This document shows positions 28,586 through 39,309 of a stretch of 64,000 nt of DNA, piece by piece. Under the pieces are notes generated by a model, which worked only from the letters and a program-made list of their open reading frames with translations, had not been told where the DNA came from and did no database searches. The DNA lies in contig CAYRSR010000001.1 in NCBI GenBank assembly GCA_964427275.1, positions 20,394 to 84,393 on the forward strand. The letters run 5' to 3'. The DNA comes from an uncultured Candidatus Saccharibacteria bacterium (GTDB lineage Bacteria > Patescibacteriota > Minisyncoccia > UBA6257 > CAYRSR01). How positions within the stretch are numbered: position 1 is the stretch's first letter; every line of letters starts with the position of its first letter. Made by a program: the position numbers and the translations under genes.

Positions 28586-29857
28586 TCAAAATAAATATCT
28601 AATAGTTTTAAGAATAATTCCCAAATCAAAGATAAAAGAGCGATGTTTTAAATAATAAAGTTCATATTTCAGTTTTTCTTTGGCTTCATCAACAGAAGCT
28701 CCATACTTGTACTTGATCTGTGCCCAGCCGGTTAAACCGGGCTTTACAAGATGGCGGATGTCATAAAAAGGAATTTCTCTTTTTAATCTTTCTACAAATT
28801 CCGGCCTCTCCGGCCTTGGTCCAACAAAAGAAATATCTCCTTTTAAAATGTTAAAAAACTGGGGAAATTCATCCAAATGAGTGGAGCGGAGAAACTTTCC
28901 AAAAGAAGTTATTCGTGAATCATTCTTAACTGCCCACTGTGGCCCATTTATTTCAGCACTTTTTATCATGGTTCTAAATTTATATAAGGTAAAAATTTTA
29001 CCATTCTTACCTACTCTTTTTTGTTTGTAAAAAATAGGGCCAGGAGAAGTAATTTTTATACCCAGGGCAACAAAAGGAAAAAGAACTCCAGTAACTATTA
29101 AGCCAATTATAGAAAAAACAATATCAAACAATCTCTTAAAAAACTGGTAGGTTTTTCCTTTATTTTTAAAGTTTTCAAAAAACCAGGTCTCATCAATATA
29201 ATCCAAGGCCACCCTTTGAAGCAAACTCTCGTAAAAATCTTTCAAACTTATGTAATTTAAATCCAAAGGAAAATTAGAAAATATCTCTTTTATCCTTTCT
29301 TTGTCTTCTTTGTCAAAAGCCAGAATAACTAAATCCGGCCTTTCTTCGTACTTATTCAAAACTTTGTACTCACTTCTAGTTAAAACTTCAGGAAGAACTT
29401 CCTTTAGTAACAGATGACTTCCCAAAAAAAGAATTTTTTGTTTAAAACCAAAAAATTTTAATAAAAAAGAAATTAAAAGACGCCAGATGTAAAGAAAAAT
29501 TGCTAAAAAGACGACATCCATTAAAAGTATGGTTTTGGGAGAAATAATTATTTTGGGTTGAACATAAAAATAAACACTTCCTACTAAAAAAGCTAAAAAC
29601 AGAAAAATAATTAGATGAGAAAAAAATTCAGATAAATTCTTTAAAGAAGGAATTTCATAAAAATCTAAGAGAAAAAGAATAAAAAGCCAGATTAGATGGA
29701 TAAAAGAAAAATGAAAAAGGAAAATCTGCGTTCTTGGCCCGGGCAAAAAAGAAAAATCGTTATACCTTATAGCCAAAGCTAAAAGAATAGCAAAGTACAT
29801 CAAGAGAAAATCGCCCAAACATAAAACAAACTTTAGAAAATTTATTTTAGACTTCAT
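28586..29857 (-). CDS. initiating polyprenyl-phosphate sugar-phosphate transferase (bacterial sugar transferase, WbaP/PssY-like)
   Basis: C-terminal PF02397 core (KRLFDIVFS...PGPIFYKQKRVGKNGKIFTLYKFRTM...LDEFPQFFNILKGDISFVGPRP) with N-terminal TM helices. Confidence 0.85.
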   Translation of the reverse strand: MKSKINFLKFVLCLGDFLLMYFAILLALAIRYNDFSFLPGPRTQIFLFHFSFIHLIWLFILFLLDFYEIPSLKNLSEFFSHLIIFLFLAFLVGSVYFYVQPKIIISPKTILLMDVVFLAIFLYIWRLLISFLLKFFGFKQKILFLGSHLLLKEVLPEVLTRSEYKVLNKYEERPDLVILAFDKEDKERIKEIFSNFPLDLNYISLKDFYESLLQRVALDYIDETWFFENFKNKGKTYQFFKRLFDIVFSIIGLIVTGVLFPFVALGIKITSPGPIFYKQKRVGKNGKIFTLYKFRTMIKSAEINGPQWAVKNDSRITSFGKFLRSTHLDEFPQFFNILKGDISFVGPRPERPEFVERLKREIPFYDIRHLVKPGLTGWAQIKYKYGASVDEAKEKLKYELYYLKHRSFIFDLGIILKTIRYLF

Positions 29858-29946
29858 CAAAGACTTTTTATTAACTAGATTTTAAATTCTTGCGTTTTAA
29901 AATACAATAGCTGAAATGCTAGCAGTAGATATAATCACTTTCAATG

Positions 29947-30993
29947 TTATCTTGCAAGGGGTATATCTTCAATCTTTTTCTTTTTATGTTTTTCTAAAAT
30001 AATAAAATCCCATATACCTTTTAAATAGCCAAGTCCATAGCTAAAATGTAAGGTTGAAAAGACAGAAGGAAGAACAAAAAAGAATTTAATTCCTTTTTTG
30101 AGAGAAATTTTTAAAGAAAACACCAGATTAACAATTATATAAGAGCTCAACATAAAAACAAAAAGCCATAAAAGTGGTTGGTAAATTATTGAAAGCGCAA
30201 GCGAAATAACCAAACTTCCAACAAATATCCCTGGAACTAGTTGTCTTATAGTATAAACATTTCCTACTTTTTTAACTGTTAAAGGTTTAAAATACCCATA
30301 TTGAAAGTAGGTTCTCCAGAGTTTAAGTAAGGAATCCCTGGCATAATAATAAGAAACAATTTCTGGGACCAGAAGAATTTTTCCTCCGTACTTTTTTAAT
30401 CTAGTATTAAATTCAGCATCCTGTCCTCGCAATAAATCTTCATCAAACAATCCAATTTTTTTAAAAACTTCCCTTTTATAACAACCAAATGGAACCGTAT
30501 CCACAAATCTTGGTTTTTTTGAACCTATCCTAAAATAAACATTTCCTACACCAAAGGGATGAGAAAGTGCTAACGCAATGGATTGAGAAAGTAAGTTTTC
30601 CTTTGCAGGAAGAGTTATTATAGTTCCTCCGACACAGTCAACACGATGTTTTTGTAAATTCGAAACATTCTCCTGGATAAAATTTTTACCTACCTTTGAA
30701 TGACTGCTTAAAATCAATATATAATCCCCTTTTGCCTTTTTTATTCCTATGTTCATGCCAGCAGGAGTTATCCTCTTTGGGTTATCTAAAATTCTTATAA
30801 ATGAATATTTCTGAATATATTTTTTAACAACCTCTTTTGTCTTATCGGTGCTTCTTCCATCTACTACCAGTACCTCAATTCTATCCTTTGGATAATTCTG
30901 AACAATAATAGAATCAAGACAGTCTCCAATGAACTTTTCTTCATTTCGACAAGGAATAATTATAGAAACCAGTGGTAAATTTTCATTTTCCAT
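29947..30993 (-). CDS. family 2 glycosyltransferase with C-terminal TM segments
   Basis: N-terminal GT-A fold motifs (SIIIPCRNEE...DGRSTD). 348 aa. Confidence 0.8.
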   Translation of the reverse strand: MENENLPLVSIIIPCRNEEKFIGDCLDSIIVQNYPKDRIEVLVVDGRSTDKTKEVVKKYIQKYSFIRILDNPKRITPAGMNIGIKKAKGDYILILSSHSKVGKNFIQENVSNLQKHRVDCVGGTIITLPAKENLLSQSIALALSHPFGVGNVYFRIGSKKPRFVDTVPFGCYKREVFKKIGLFDEDLLRGQDAEFNTRLKKYGGKILLVPEIVSYYYARDSLLKLWRTYFQYGYFKPLTVKKVGNVYTIRQLVPGIFVGSLVISLALSIIYQPLLWLFVFMLSSYIIVNLVFSLKISLKKGIKFFFVLPSVFSTLHFSYGLGYLKGIWDFIILEKHKKKKIEDIPLAR

Positions 30994-32071
30994 AGTTCTT
31001 TAGAACTTCTATGATTCTTTCACTTGCTTTTCCGCCACCATAAAAGTCAATCCATTTTTTATTGGAAGTATCTCTATTAAAAGCTTTTATGGTCTCTTTT
31101 ACTATGTTTTCTTTTTTATTGCCAACAACCTTATTCCATCCTATTTCTACCAGTTCAACCCATTCTGTTTCATTCCTTGGAATGATACAGGGTGTTCTAA
31201 AAAAATATCCTTCCTTCTGTACACCTCCAGAATCAGTAACTATTACCTTTGCACTACTTTCAAGAACAATCATCTCAAAATAAGAAACTGGTTCTGTGAT
31301 AATTAAGTTTTTAGAAGTTCTATCTATTAAGTTATAATTTTTTAATGCTTTTCTTGTTCTTGGATGAACAGGAAAGAAAACTTTTATATCTGAATTAGCA
31401 ATATCATTCAAAGCATTCCAGATATTTTCTAAATTCTCTTTAATATCTGTATTTTCCGCTCGATGTATTGTAACTAGAATAAATTCTTTAGGTCTGAGAT
31501 TATATTTTGAAAGTATCTTTTTTTTACTAACTTTCCTTTTAACTTCTAAAGCTAGATCGAACATTACATCCCCTACTTTGTAAACACCTTTTGTTATCCC
31601 TTCTTTCTTTAAATTTTCTACTGTCTTATCTGTTGGTGCAAAAAGAATATCCGAACAGTGATCTGTCAAAACCCTGTTTACTTCCTCAGGCATATTCTTG
31701 TTATAACTTCTCAGGCCTGCTTCTATATGAGCAAGAGGAATATGAAGCTTGACAGAAGCCAAAGCTCCTGCCAGAGTTGTATTCGTATCTCCATAAACTA
31801 AAACAAGATCAGGTTTCTCTTTGAATAATACTTTTTCTACTTCTATAAGCATTTTGCCTGTCTGTTTGCCATGAGTTCCGGAACCTACTCCAAGATTATA
31901 ATCGGGTCTTGGTAAGCTTAATTCCTTGAAAAATATGTCAGACATGTTGAAGTCATAATGCTGTCCTGTATGAACAAGAATTTCATTAATACCATTTTTT
32001 CTCAGTTTCCTTGAAATTAAAGCTGCCTTTATAAATTGAGGACGAGCACCAATAATAGATATAACTTTCAT
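30983..32071 (-). CDS. wecB: UDP-N-acetylglucosamine 2-epimerase (non-hydrolysing), WecB/WbpI family
   Basis: IGARPQFIKAA...GQHYD...LVYGDTNTTLAGALA...HIEAGLRSYN signature. Confidence 0.85.
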   Translation of the reverse strand: MKVISIIGARPQFIKAALISRKLRKNGINEILVHTGQHYDFNMSDIFFKELSLPRPDYNLGVGSGTHGKQTGKMLIEVEKVLFKEKPDLVLVYGDTNTTLAGALASVKLHIPLAHIEAGLRSYNKNMPEEVNRVLTDHCSDILFAPTDKTVENLKKEGITKGVYKVGDVMFDLALEVKRKVSKKKILSKYNLRPKEFILVTIHRAENTDIKENLENIWNALNDIANSDIKVFFPVHPRTRKALKNYNLIDRTSKNLIITEPVSYFEMIVLESSAKVIVTDSGGVQKEGYFFRTPCIIPRNETEWVELVEIGWNKVVGNKKENIVKETIKAFNRDTSNKKWIDFYGGGKASERIIEVLKNYGK

Positions 32072-32116
32072 AGTTTTTTATGGATACTTAAAATTTTTTT
32101 CTCTTTTATGACTTGA

Positions 32117-32863
32117 CTACTTCTTGATTTTCATTACAAACTGCTGATATTTTTCAATAACCTCCTGAGGTTTCCCATAAGCCTTAACTTCACCTCTATG
32201 CAACCACAATACCTGTGTAGAAAACTGTTTGATAGCTTCCATATTGTGACTTACCAAAACTACTGTGTGATCCTTACCTAATAACTCTCGAATCTTTGCC
32301 TGGCTTTTTTGACGAAAACTCTGGTCTCCAACACCTAATACTTCGTCAATCAGCAATATATCACATTCCAGATGAGCAGCTATAGCAAATCCAAGTCTAG
32401 CTACCATACCTGATGAATAAGTTTTAACAGGAGTATTAATAAAATCCCCAATTTCGGCAAACTCTACTATCCTTTTATAATACTTCCTAATTTGAGGTAA
32501 GGAAAATCCCATTAGCATTCCAACCAAAAATATGTTCTCACTGCCAGTAAGCTCAGGTTGAAAACCTGCGGTTAAGGAAAGTAATGTTGAAACTCGGCCA
32601 GCTACTTCTATCTTACCTTCATCTGGAACAAATATACCCCCGATCACCCTGAGAAGAGTACTTTTTCCAGCTCCATTTAATCCTATAACTCCCAATGTTT
32701 CACCATTTCTTACAGCAAAGCTTACATTCCGCAAGGCCCAAAATTCTTTAAAAGATTGACGCTTTAAACCCTGCACTACTAACTTTTTTAATGTAGGACG
32801 CTTTTCCAGATGCAGTCTGAACTTTATGCCAATATTATTTGCTTTTATCATTACTTTGCTCAT
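32117..32863 (-). CDS. wzt: polysaccharide ABC exporter ATP-binding protein (Wzt/TagH-like, no C-terminal carbohydrate-binding domain)
   Basis: Walker A GLNGAGKST, ABC signature and Walker B. 248 aa. 4-bp overlap with the upstream permease. Confidence 0.8.
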   Translation of the reverse strand: MSKVMIKANNIGIKFRLHLEKRPTLKKLVVQGLKRQSFKEFWALRNVSFAVRNGETLGVIGLNGAGKSTLLRVIGGIFVPDEGKIEVAGRVSTLLSLTAGFQPELTGSENIFLVGMLMGFSLPQIRKYYKRIVEFAEIGDFINTPVKTYSSGMVARLGFAIAAHLECDILLIDEVLGVGDQSFRQKSQAKIRELLGKDHTVVLVSHNMEAIKQFSTQVLWLHRGEVKAYGKPQEVIEKYQQFVMKIKK

Positions 32864-33648
32864 CTTATATCTTTTGCTAGATAAGATTCCTTACGAGCAA
32901 AAAGAAAAAGACCAAAGCACAAGAATAAAAATCCTGCTCCTAAAGTTATCCAGATATAAAAAGTTGGTGGAATCCCTCGCACCAGTAAATTCTTGTAGGC
33001 ATTAAACAAAGCAGAAAATGGATTCAACATATATATTGGTTGTAGATGTTTTGGAATTCTATCAGCTACCGAATATAATCCCGGTGAAAGATAAAACCAC
33101 ATTCGCAAGCCAAACTGTAATATGTTTTGAAGGTCTCGAAAATATACCCCAAAAATTGCCAATATTAGAGAAAGACCTAGCGTAAAAACAAACTGAATCA
33201 AAACTACCACCGGTAGCCATACAAGATTTATAGTAAAGCGAGCATGAAACATAAAAAGCATGGGTAAGAGAGCAATCAAACTGAATAAATACTTCATAAA
33301 CCCAGTAACTACCTGTTGAGTAGGAAGTATTATTTTTGGAAAAGCTACGGCCTGAATAAGCTTTGCCCTGCTAGTAAGTGAGACAACGGATTGCTGTAAA
33401 GAATAAGTGAACCAGCGCCAGGCAAGTAGAGCAGAAAATAAAAGCACTGGAAACTGAGGACCTCCTCTTTTAAAGATATACTGAACCAGAATTACATATA
33501 CTACCATCATCATCAAAGGATCTAAAATACTCCACAAAAAACCAAAAAACTTGTTTTTGTAGGCAACTTTAAGATCAGACTTTACCAGAAACCAAAGTAG
33601 ATATCTCCAATTCCAAAGTTGTTTTACCGGTTGAAATAAGTTTTTCAT
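32860..33648 (-). CDS. wzm: ABC-2 type polysaccharide exporter permease (Wzm-like)
   Basis: 262 aa with 6 TM helices and the ABC-2 family pattern. Overlaps the stop of the GT4 gene by 4 bp. Confidence 0.8.
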   Translation of the reverse strand: MKNLFQPVKQLWNWRYLLWFLVKSDLKVAYKNKFFGFLWSILDPLMMMVVYVILVQYIFKRGGPQFPVLLFSALLAWRWFTYSLQQSVVSLTSRAKLIQAVAFPKIILPTQQVVTGFMKYLFSLIALLPMLFMFHARFTINLVWLPVVVLIQFVFTLGLSLILAIFGVYFRDLQNILQFGLRMWFYLSPGLYSVADRIPKHLQPIYMLNPFSALFNAYKNLLVRGIPPTFYIWITLGAGFLFLCFGLFLFARKESYLAKDIR

Positions 33649-35231
33649 AAGTTCTTATTTGTCAACTCAGAGTAAACTTTTAAAAGTTTCTTGGATTCGT
33701 TTTCCCAGTTGTAAATCTTAGCTGCTTTTTTTGCATTCTCTTTCATTTGTCGATATCTTTTTGGATTAGATAGAATAAAATCAATAGCTCTGGCAATATC
33801 CTCTGGGTCTTCTGGATTAAAAACTGCGCCAAGTTTATGCCCAAGTACAATCTTTCTTAATTCTGGAAAATCACTTGCAGCTACTGGTAAGCCAGCCATT
33901 AAATATTCAAACATTTTATTTGGAAGCCCGTAGTAATTGTTTAAGCTAACTTTCCGAAAAGGAATTACACCTAAATGTGCTTCTTTTGTAACATAGATTA
34001 GCTTATCAGGGGAAACTGGAGGAAGAAATATTACTTTATCATGTAATTCCTGATCAGTTTCAACAAAACTTTTAAGTTCACTTTCTAGTTTTCCCCAGCC
34101 AATCAATACCAGAATAATTTGTGAAAGAGAAACAAGTTTAATAGCTTTTATTAAATTAAATAAGCCTCGCCCAGGAGCGAATCCTCCTTGATAAATAACT
34201 ACTTTGAACTTATTGCTTACCGGGATAAATTTTCGGTTATAATGCTGTTGTTTGTTTTTTTTAGCAGCAACCGGACAATTCATAACTATAGCCGAAATAT
34301 TTAGGTTATATCTTTTTTCTAGTTGACCTGCAATTGAATGGTTAACTGTAATGATTCTGTCAGATTTACCTATAAGATTTCTTTCTATTATTCGTGCTAG
34401 AAACCTCTCCAGCCAATTTAGGCCAGTCTTTTCTGTATAGAGTTCATGTGAATCATATACCAGTTTTCCTCCTAATTTTTTCTTAGCCCAAAAAGCTATC
34501 GGTAAAGTATTTAAGTCATGAGCATGATAAATATCTGCTGGTTCTTGTTCTATAATCTTAAAACTTCGCTGGTAATAATCTAAAAACGACAAAGGTCTGT
34601 GGAAAATCATTAAAAAATTTCGAAGTAACCCATACAAAAAGAAATAGGTATGTTTTGCTGGATAATAAAATCCCCAGTAGAAAATTTTTTTTATACCTTT
34701 GTAGAAAAAGAAGCAGATACATTTTGCTGGATAATAAAATCCCCAGTAGAAAATTTTTTTTATACCTTTGTAGAAGTAATAACCTAATACTAAAGCCCAG
34801 CCTAAAGATAAAAAGTAACCCGGACAAGTTTTTAAAGATTTTCTAACATACTCTCTAAGTCCTTTTTCTTTAATAACCTGATTAAGTTTCTGAAATATTA
34901 ATCGCAGCTTGCCTACTGCTTTTCTTGTAACTGATTGAACTTTTACCGGTTGACGTTTCAACCGTGAAATAGAGCAATTTAAAAAACTCAAAAATTTTTT
35001 AGTAGAAGAAAGGATTCCTTTTAAGATTTTATAGTGAAGTGGGTTTTTAACCACTCGAATAATCCTAAACCCTTCCCTTTTTTCGTAAGGTTCTGTAGTT
35101 TTATCAAGCACGGCAATAATTCTTACATCGTATCCAGCTTCCGTTAAAGTCTTTGCTTCTTTTAAAACTCTAGCATCATGCTTACAGTTATTATATACAA
35201 ACATGCAGACTTTAATGTTTCTGAATGTCAT
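33645..35231 (-). CDS. GT4-family (group 1) glycosyltransferase
   Basis: C-terminal GT-B motif (GLPNKMFEYLMAGLPVAASDFPELRKIV). 528 aa. Contains an internal 69-bp tandem duplication. Confidence 0.75.
   Translation of the reverse strand: MTFRNIKVCMFVYNNCKHDARVLKEAKTLTEAGYDVRIIAVLDKTTEPYEKREGFRIIRVVKNPLHYKILKGILSSTKKFLSFLNCSISRLKRQPVKVQSVTRKAVGKLRLIFQKLNQVIKEKGLREYVRKSLKTCPGYFLSLGWALVLGYYFYKGIKKIFYWGFYYPAKCICFFFYKGIKKIFYWGFYYPAKHTYFFLYGLLRNFLMIFHRPLSFLDYYQRSFKIIEQEPADIYHAHDLNTLPIAFWAKKKLGGKLVYDSHELYTEKTGLNWLERFLARIIERNLIGKSDRIITVNHSIAGQLEKRYNLNISAIVMNCPVAAKKNKQQHYNRKFIPVSNKFKVVIYQGGFAPGRGLFNLIKAIKLVSLSQIILVLIGWGKLESELKSFVETDQELHDKVIFLPPVSPDKLIYVTKEAHLGVIPFRKVSLNNYYGLPNKMFEYLMAGLPVAASDFPELRKIVLGHKLGAVFNPEDPEDIARAIDFILSNPKRYRQMKENAKKAAKIYNWENESKKLLKVYSELTNKNL
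34653..34790. repeat. in-frame 69-bp tandem duplication (2 copies) inside the GT4 gene
   Basis: TTTTGCTGGATAATAAAATCCCCAGTAGAAAATTTTTTTTATACCTTTGTAGAA... repeated head-to-tail. Encodes FYKGIKKIFYWGFYYPAK(C/H) twice. Confidence 0.7.
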
Positions 35232-35348
35232 TTTTTACAATTAGTAAAACTTTATTTCAGGTTAATTTTCTTGTCAAGTTTTAAAAAATTTCAAAAATCG
35301 CTTGCTTAGAAATTTCTATTAGCCAAGAAATATTAGACTTATCTCTCT

Positions 35349-36614
35349 TTAATTTTCGGTCATCAATGTCTTTCGCAAATATAAAGCAATTACATGACTT
35401 CTCTCAAGCTGTCTTTCTTTAGTTAACTTCTTATTCCACTCATTACATAACCTACTAACTGCATTTTGTTCTGGGTAACCTCCCGGATAAAGATAAATAG
35501 AACATTTCGGGCAAACAGTTGTTGGAGTACGTGCCCAAATACCTCCTAAATGCTGCTTAATCCAAAGAAGAATTCTTACAAACGAGCGACGCTCTCCTCC
35601 AGTATGAAGAATTTTAACCAGTTTGAAATCAGGCTCAAATAAATATTTTAATTTCTTTAACGAGAAACTTCGATGATGATAATTAACATGAAAAATTGTT
35701 TTACAGCGTATACATCGAGCTAAACCCAATGACAATTGTTCTTGCCAAGGAACACTTATTAGTATCCACTTTCGAGCTACCCGCTTAAGCTCCTTTAGCG
35801 TCCGTTCATAAGCAGCTTGAGGAAGATGTTCCAAGAGCTCTGCTGCTAGGACAAGATCGAAGCTTTGGTCTCTAAATGGAAGATTATCTGCAGATCCAAT
35901 TACTGTTTTGGTTTTTACGTATTTTAAAGCAGCCTGGCTTGTGTCTACTCCTATAACTTTATAAGAACTGGCAAGTCGATTAGTAATTCTGCCATCACCA
36001 CATCCTACATCAAGTATTGTTGAAGTACCTTTAGGTATCATAGTAATTGTGTCGTTAATCCGCCTTAATTCTCTCTTATCAAGTTTTTTACCCCAAAGAG
36101 AGGATTGTTCATAATATCCTTCTGCTTTTTTAGATTTAGCTAAAAGAATTATGTCATTATAATCGCGAATAAAATAGCGTCTTTTAAGAATACAAGCTAG
36201 CCATACTAAAAGCATAAGACTCAATGGAAAATGAACATGGTAGTAAACAGCTGGCAGACGAAACGCAGCAAATACCAACAAAAGAGTAGTTAAGAATTTA
36301 TTCAAAATTCCTCCCAACTTACGTATCAGGACAACCACAACTAAATCAGCTTTTTGTAAAAAGAACCTTACAGGTTTAGGAGAGAGTTTAGTTATTTTCC
36401 TGTATTTACCAATCAATGAGGTTGATATTCTATATACTGCTGAAGGAATCCTAACTATTTCAAAACCAGTAATTCTTTCCCGTTTTGGCAAGTTCTTAGC
36501 CCAGAGTCCAATAACTGTTACCCAAAGACCAAACTTAGAAAGAATCCTAGCTTCTTTAATCGTACGTGAGTCATTTACTAAAGTATTACGCGTTACTATA
36601 CAAACTCTGCCCAT
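35349..36614 (-). CDS. fusion protein: GT4-N-terminal-like domain + TM segments + class I SAM-dependent methyltransferase
   Basis: The N-terminus (RVCIVTRNTLVNDSRTIKEARILSKFGLWVTVIGL) parallels the N-terminus of the adjacent GT4. The C-terminal half has methyltransferase motif I LDVGCGDGRIT and post I/II motifs. Confidence 0.65.
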   Translation of the reverse strand: MGRVCIVTRNTLVNDSRTIKEARILSKFGLWVTVIGLWAKNLPKRERITGFEIVRIPSAVYRISTSLIGKYRKITKLSPKPVRFFLQKADLVVVVLIRKLGGILNKFLTTLLLVFAAFRLPAVYYHVHFPLSLMLLVWLACILKRRYFIRDYNDIILLAKSKKAEGYYEQSSLWGKKLDKRELRRINDTITMIPKGTSTILDVGCGDGRITNRLASSYKVIGVDTSQAALKYVKTKTVIGSADNLPFRDQSFDLVLAAELLEHLPQAAYERTLKELKRVARKWILISVPWQEQLSLGLARCIRCKTIFHVNYHHRSFSLKKLKYLFEPDFKLVKILHTGGERRSFVRILLWIKQHLGGIWARTPTTVCPKCSIYLYPGGYPEQNAVSRLCNEWNKKLTKERQLERSHVIALYLRKTLMTEN

Positions 36615-36630
36615 GCTCAACTTTTGTTTG

Positions 36631-38148
36631 TCACCTGCTACTAGCTTCTATCTTATGAAGTAACGCATTCCAATTGTCCGTTAGTAAGAAGGCTCTATGT
36701 TCGTATAACTCTTTCAAAACATACTGGTAATCATAAAATACCAGCTTCTTACCGGAATTCCAGTTTTCGATTGTTTGCATCCATTTGTGCATCCAGAATT
36801 TTAAAGTTTGATACACTTCCTCTGGAAGATCAGCAGAAGCAAGTAGACATACCAAAGCAACCACATGATAAGTATGATAATAATTCTTACCAATACCAAA
36901 CTTGGAAAAGTTAGTTGGATAACCACAGAATAGTTTGTCACGCACTGAGGTAATATGAACTACTGAATAATTACTGAGTTTTTTTGATTGAAGCTTAACA
37001 GTTTCTCCTCCAGCAGGAGTTGTTTGATAGGGATCATATTCACCAACATTAAACTCAACAGAAAAAGGTTTTCCTTCTCCTATTAAATAAGTATCATACC
37101 TTTGACTACAGCTTATCCATATATCAGTCCACCCGGAAGTAGTTTTAATAATTCTATTGTCATAAGATGAACTATCTTCTTTGATAAGTTCAAGCTTAAA
37201 TACTAAGTCATCCAGCTCAGGTAAGCGAGATTTATAAAATACATAAAGATTATCCGGTGGTCCATCAGGATGATAAATTCTAACTCGATAAGGACAAAGA
37301 TCTGAATACAAACTCAAACCAGTTGTCGAATCGTGGAAGGAAGGTAAAACTTGAGCAAGGGTAAAGATATTTTTCCTGAATAGTTCTAATGCTTCTGAAT
37401 CATTATAAAAAGTAGCATATTGATGAAGATAAAGAAGTGCATGAAGCCATCCATTAAGAATAACTTCAGGGGCAGATCGAAAAAGGGGTAGTTCAAGCAG
37501 AAAGCTATCTTTTAAATTTACTCCACCTTGATAATATGGGAAAGCTAATCCAAGATAGGTTTCTCGAGCTAATTCTTTTAAATTTAAGTTGCAACGCCTA
37601 TCTAGATCCACAATGGCTCCAAGAATCTGAGCCTGACCAATTGCACTTGGAGAAATATCAGGTCCAAGGAAACGATTAAGATTAAAATTATCTGGATAGT
37701 ACCATAAAAGACCACCATTAGGTAATCTATATGCTGTTTTCTTTGCTGCTGAAAGATACTTTTTTATTGGTTCATCACAACTAAGACGAGATAAAAATCC
37801 TCCATAAGCCATCGGATGAAAAACATATCTTTCTTTAACATCCTGCCAGTACTTAAAAAAAGGAACATCATTTACCAAAACAATGTTATCTTTAGAAATA
37901 ACCTGTCTATTCTTTTCTTCAGGAGTATAAACACTTGAAATTAACTGAAGTAAGTCCTCTGGAGGTTGAAGATAATTTTTGATGTGTCGTGCTTTGTGAA
38001 AAGCTACTATTAAAGAATTAGGTTCTTGTTTCGATTCTGTAGGCAAAAATGCATCATAAGAAAATAGTAATAGAATTAACAAAAGACAGCTAACCATAAC
38101 TGCTGTATAGATGACTTTACTAATTAGTTTTTTTAATGGAGTTTTCAT
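36631..38148 (-). CDS. secreted protein with D-glucuronyl C5-epimerase-like C-terminal region (tentative)
   Basis: N-terminal signal/TM. The GPDISPSAIGQAQILGAI segment resembles the S-x-MAQG-x-A-x-S core of PF06662. Weak. Confidence 0.35.
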   Translation of the reverse strand: MKTPLKKLISKVIYTAVMVSCLLLILLLFSYDAFLPTESKQEPNSLIVAFHKARHIKNYLQPPEDLLQLISSVYTPEEKNRQVISKDNIVLVNDVPFFKYWQDVKERYVFHPMAYGGFLSRLSCDEPIKKYLSAAKKTAYRLPNGGLLWYYPDNFNLNRFLGPDISPSAIGQAQILGAIVDLDRRCNLNLKELARETYLGLAFPYYQGGVNLKDSFLLELPLFRSAPEVILNGWLHALLYLHQYATFYNDSEALELFRKNIFTLAQVLPSFHDSTTGLSLYSDLCPYRVRIYHPDGPPDNLYVFYKSRLPELDDLVFKLELIKEDSSSYDNRIIKTTSGWTDIWISCSQRYDTYLIGEGKPFSVEFNVGEYDPYQTTPAGGETVKLQSKKLSNYSVVHITSVRDKLFCGYPTNFSKFGIGKNYYHTYHVVALVCLLASADLPEEVYQTLKFWMHKWMQTIENWNSGKKLVFYDYQYVLKELYEHRAFLLTDNWNALLHKIEASSR

Positions 38149-38163
38149 ATCAACTTAAATTCT

Positions 38164-39309
38164 TTATTGTAAACTCTTTATTTCTTCTACCACTTTTTTA
38201 TAAATCTTTTCTTTATAAGCTGGCTCTATTGGCAAGCTTAAAACTTGCTCTGTAACCTCTATGGTATTTTTTAGTTTTCCTAAGCATTTACATCTTTTTT
38301 TAAAAACTTTCATCTTACAAAGAGGTACTGGGTAGTAAACCATTGTTTGTATGCCTTTTCTTTTAAGTTTTTCTTGAATCTTATCTCTTTTTTTATTAAG
38401 TAGTTTCACGGTATATTGATGATAAACATGATAAGCTCTTCTTTGAACCTTGGGTATTTTAATCCAACTTATTCCTCTTAGGTACCTATTGTAGAATCTG
38501 GCTATTTTTCTTCTTTTTTTATTAAACTTATCTATGTATCTTATTTTTGCAAGCAAAACAGCTGCCTGCAAAGTATCAAGACGAGCATTATAACCTATAT
38601 GTTCTGCATCATATTTATCTTTACCCCCATGCTTTCTTAACATTCTTACAATTTCCGCCAGTTTATTATCATTTGTAGTAATCATTCCTCCATCGCCAAA
38701 TCCGCCAAGATTTTTAGAAGGGAAAAAACTGAAACATCCTGCATCGCCAAACGAACCTGTTTGTCTTCCATTCCATTTAGCACCAAAACTTTGAGCACAA
38801 TCTTCTACTATAAACAAATTATTTTTTCTAGCTATCTTTATTATTTCATCCATATTGGATGCCTGACCATAAAGATGAACAGGAAGTATTCCTACCACGT
38901 TACTATCATATTTTTCTAAGGCCAAATTTATCTGCACTGGGTCTATGTTAAAAGTCTCAGGGTTTATGTCTACAAAAAGTGGAGTTGCTCCAGATCTTAA
39001 AATAGCATCTCCGGTAGCAGTAAAGGTAAATGGTGTAGTAATTATTAAATCTTTTTTATTCCAGAACTCAGAATCTCTTTTTTTGATAGCTATAGCTCTT
39101 AAAGCAAGAACTAAAGCATCTGTTCCTGAAGATACACCAACAGCATGTTTTACTTTTATATAGTTAGCAACTTTTTGTTCTAATTCTTTTACTTCAGGGC
39201 CTAATATCCAGCGTTGATGTCTAAGACATTTCTTAATAGCAGAATTAATCTCTTTTTTAATTAACTTATACTGAGCCACCAGATCAAGAAGTTTTATTTC
39301 AATTGCCAT
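38164..39309 (-). CDS. DegT/DnrJ/EryC1/StrS-family sugar aminotransferase (WbpE-like)
   Basis: PLP-dependent fold with family-typical N-terminus (LDLVAQYK...GPEV.ELEQK...[11 protein letters not shown]). Confidence 0.85.
   Translation of the reverse strand: MAIEIKLLDLVAQYKLIKKEINSAIKKCLRHQRWILGPEVKELEQKVANYIKVKHAVGVSSGTDALVLALRAIAIKKRDSEFWNKKDLIITTPFTFTATGDAILRSGATPLFVDINPETFNIDPVQINLALEKYDSNVVGILPVHLYGQASNMDEIIKIARKNNLFIVEDCAQSFGAKWNGRQTGSFGDAGCFSFFPSKNLGGFGDGGMITTNDNKLAEIVRMLRKHGGKDKYDAEHIGYNARLDTLQAAVLLAKIRYIDKFNKKRRKIARFYNRYLRGISWIKIPKVQRRAYHVYHQYTVKLLNKKRDKIQEKLKRKGIQTMVYYPVPLCKMKVFKKRCKCLGKLKNTIEVTEQVLSLPIEPAYKEKIYKKVVEEIKSLQ

Noticed and set aside
34558-34846. ORFs 34558-34827 (minus) and 34655-34846 (plus) with internal repeats
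   Set aside because: They are generated by the 69-bp tandem duplication inside the GT4 gene and are not independent genes.
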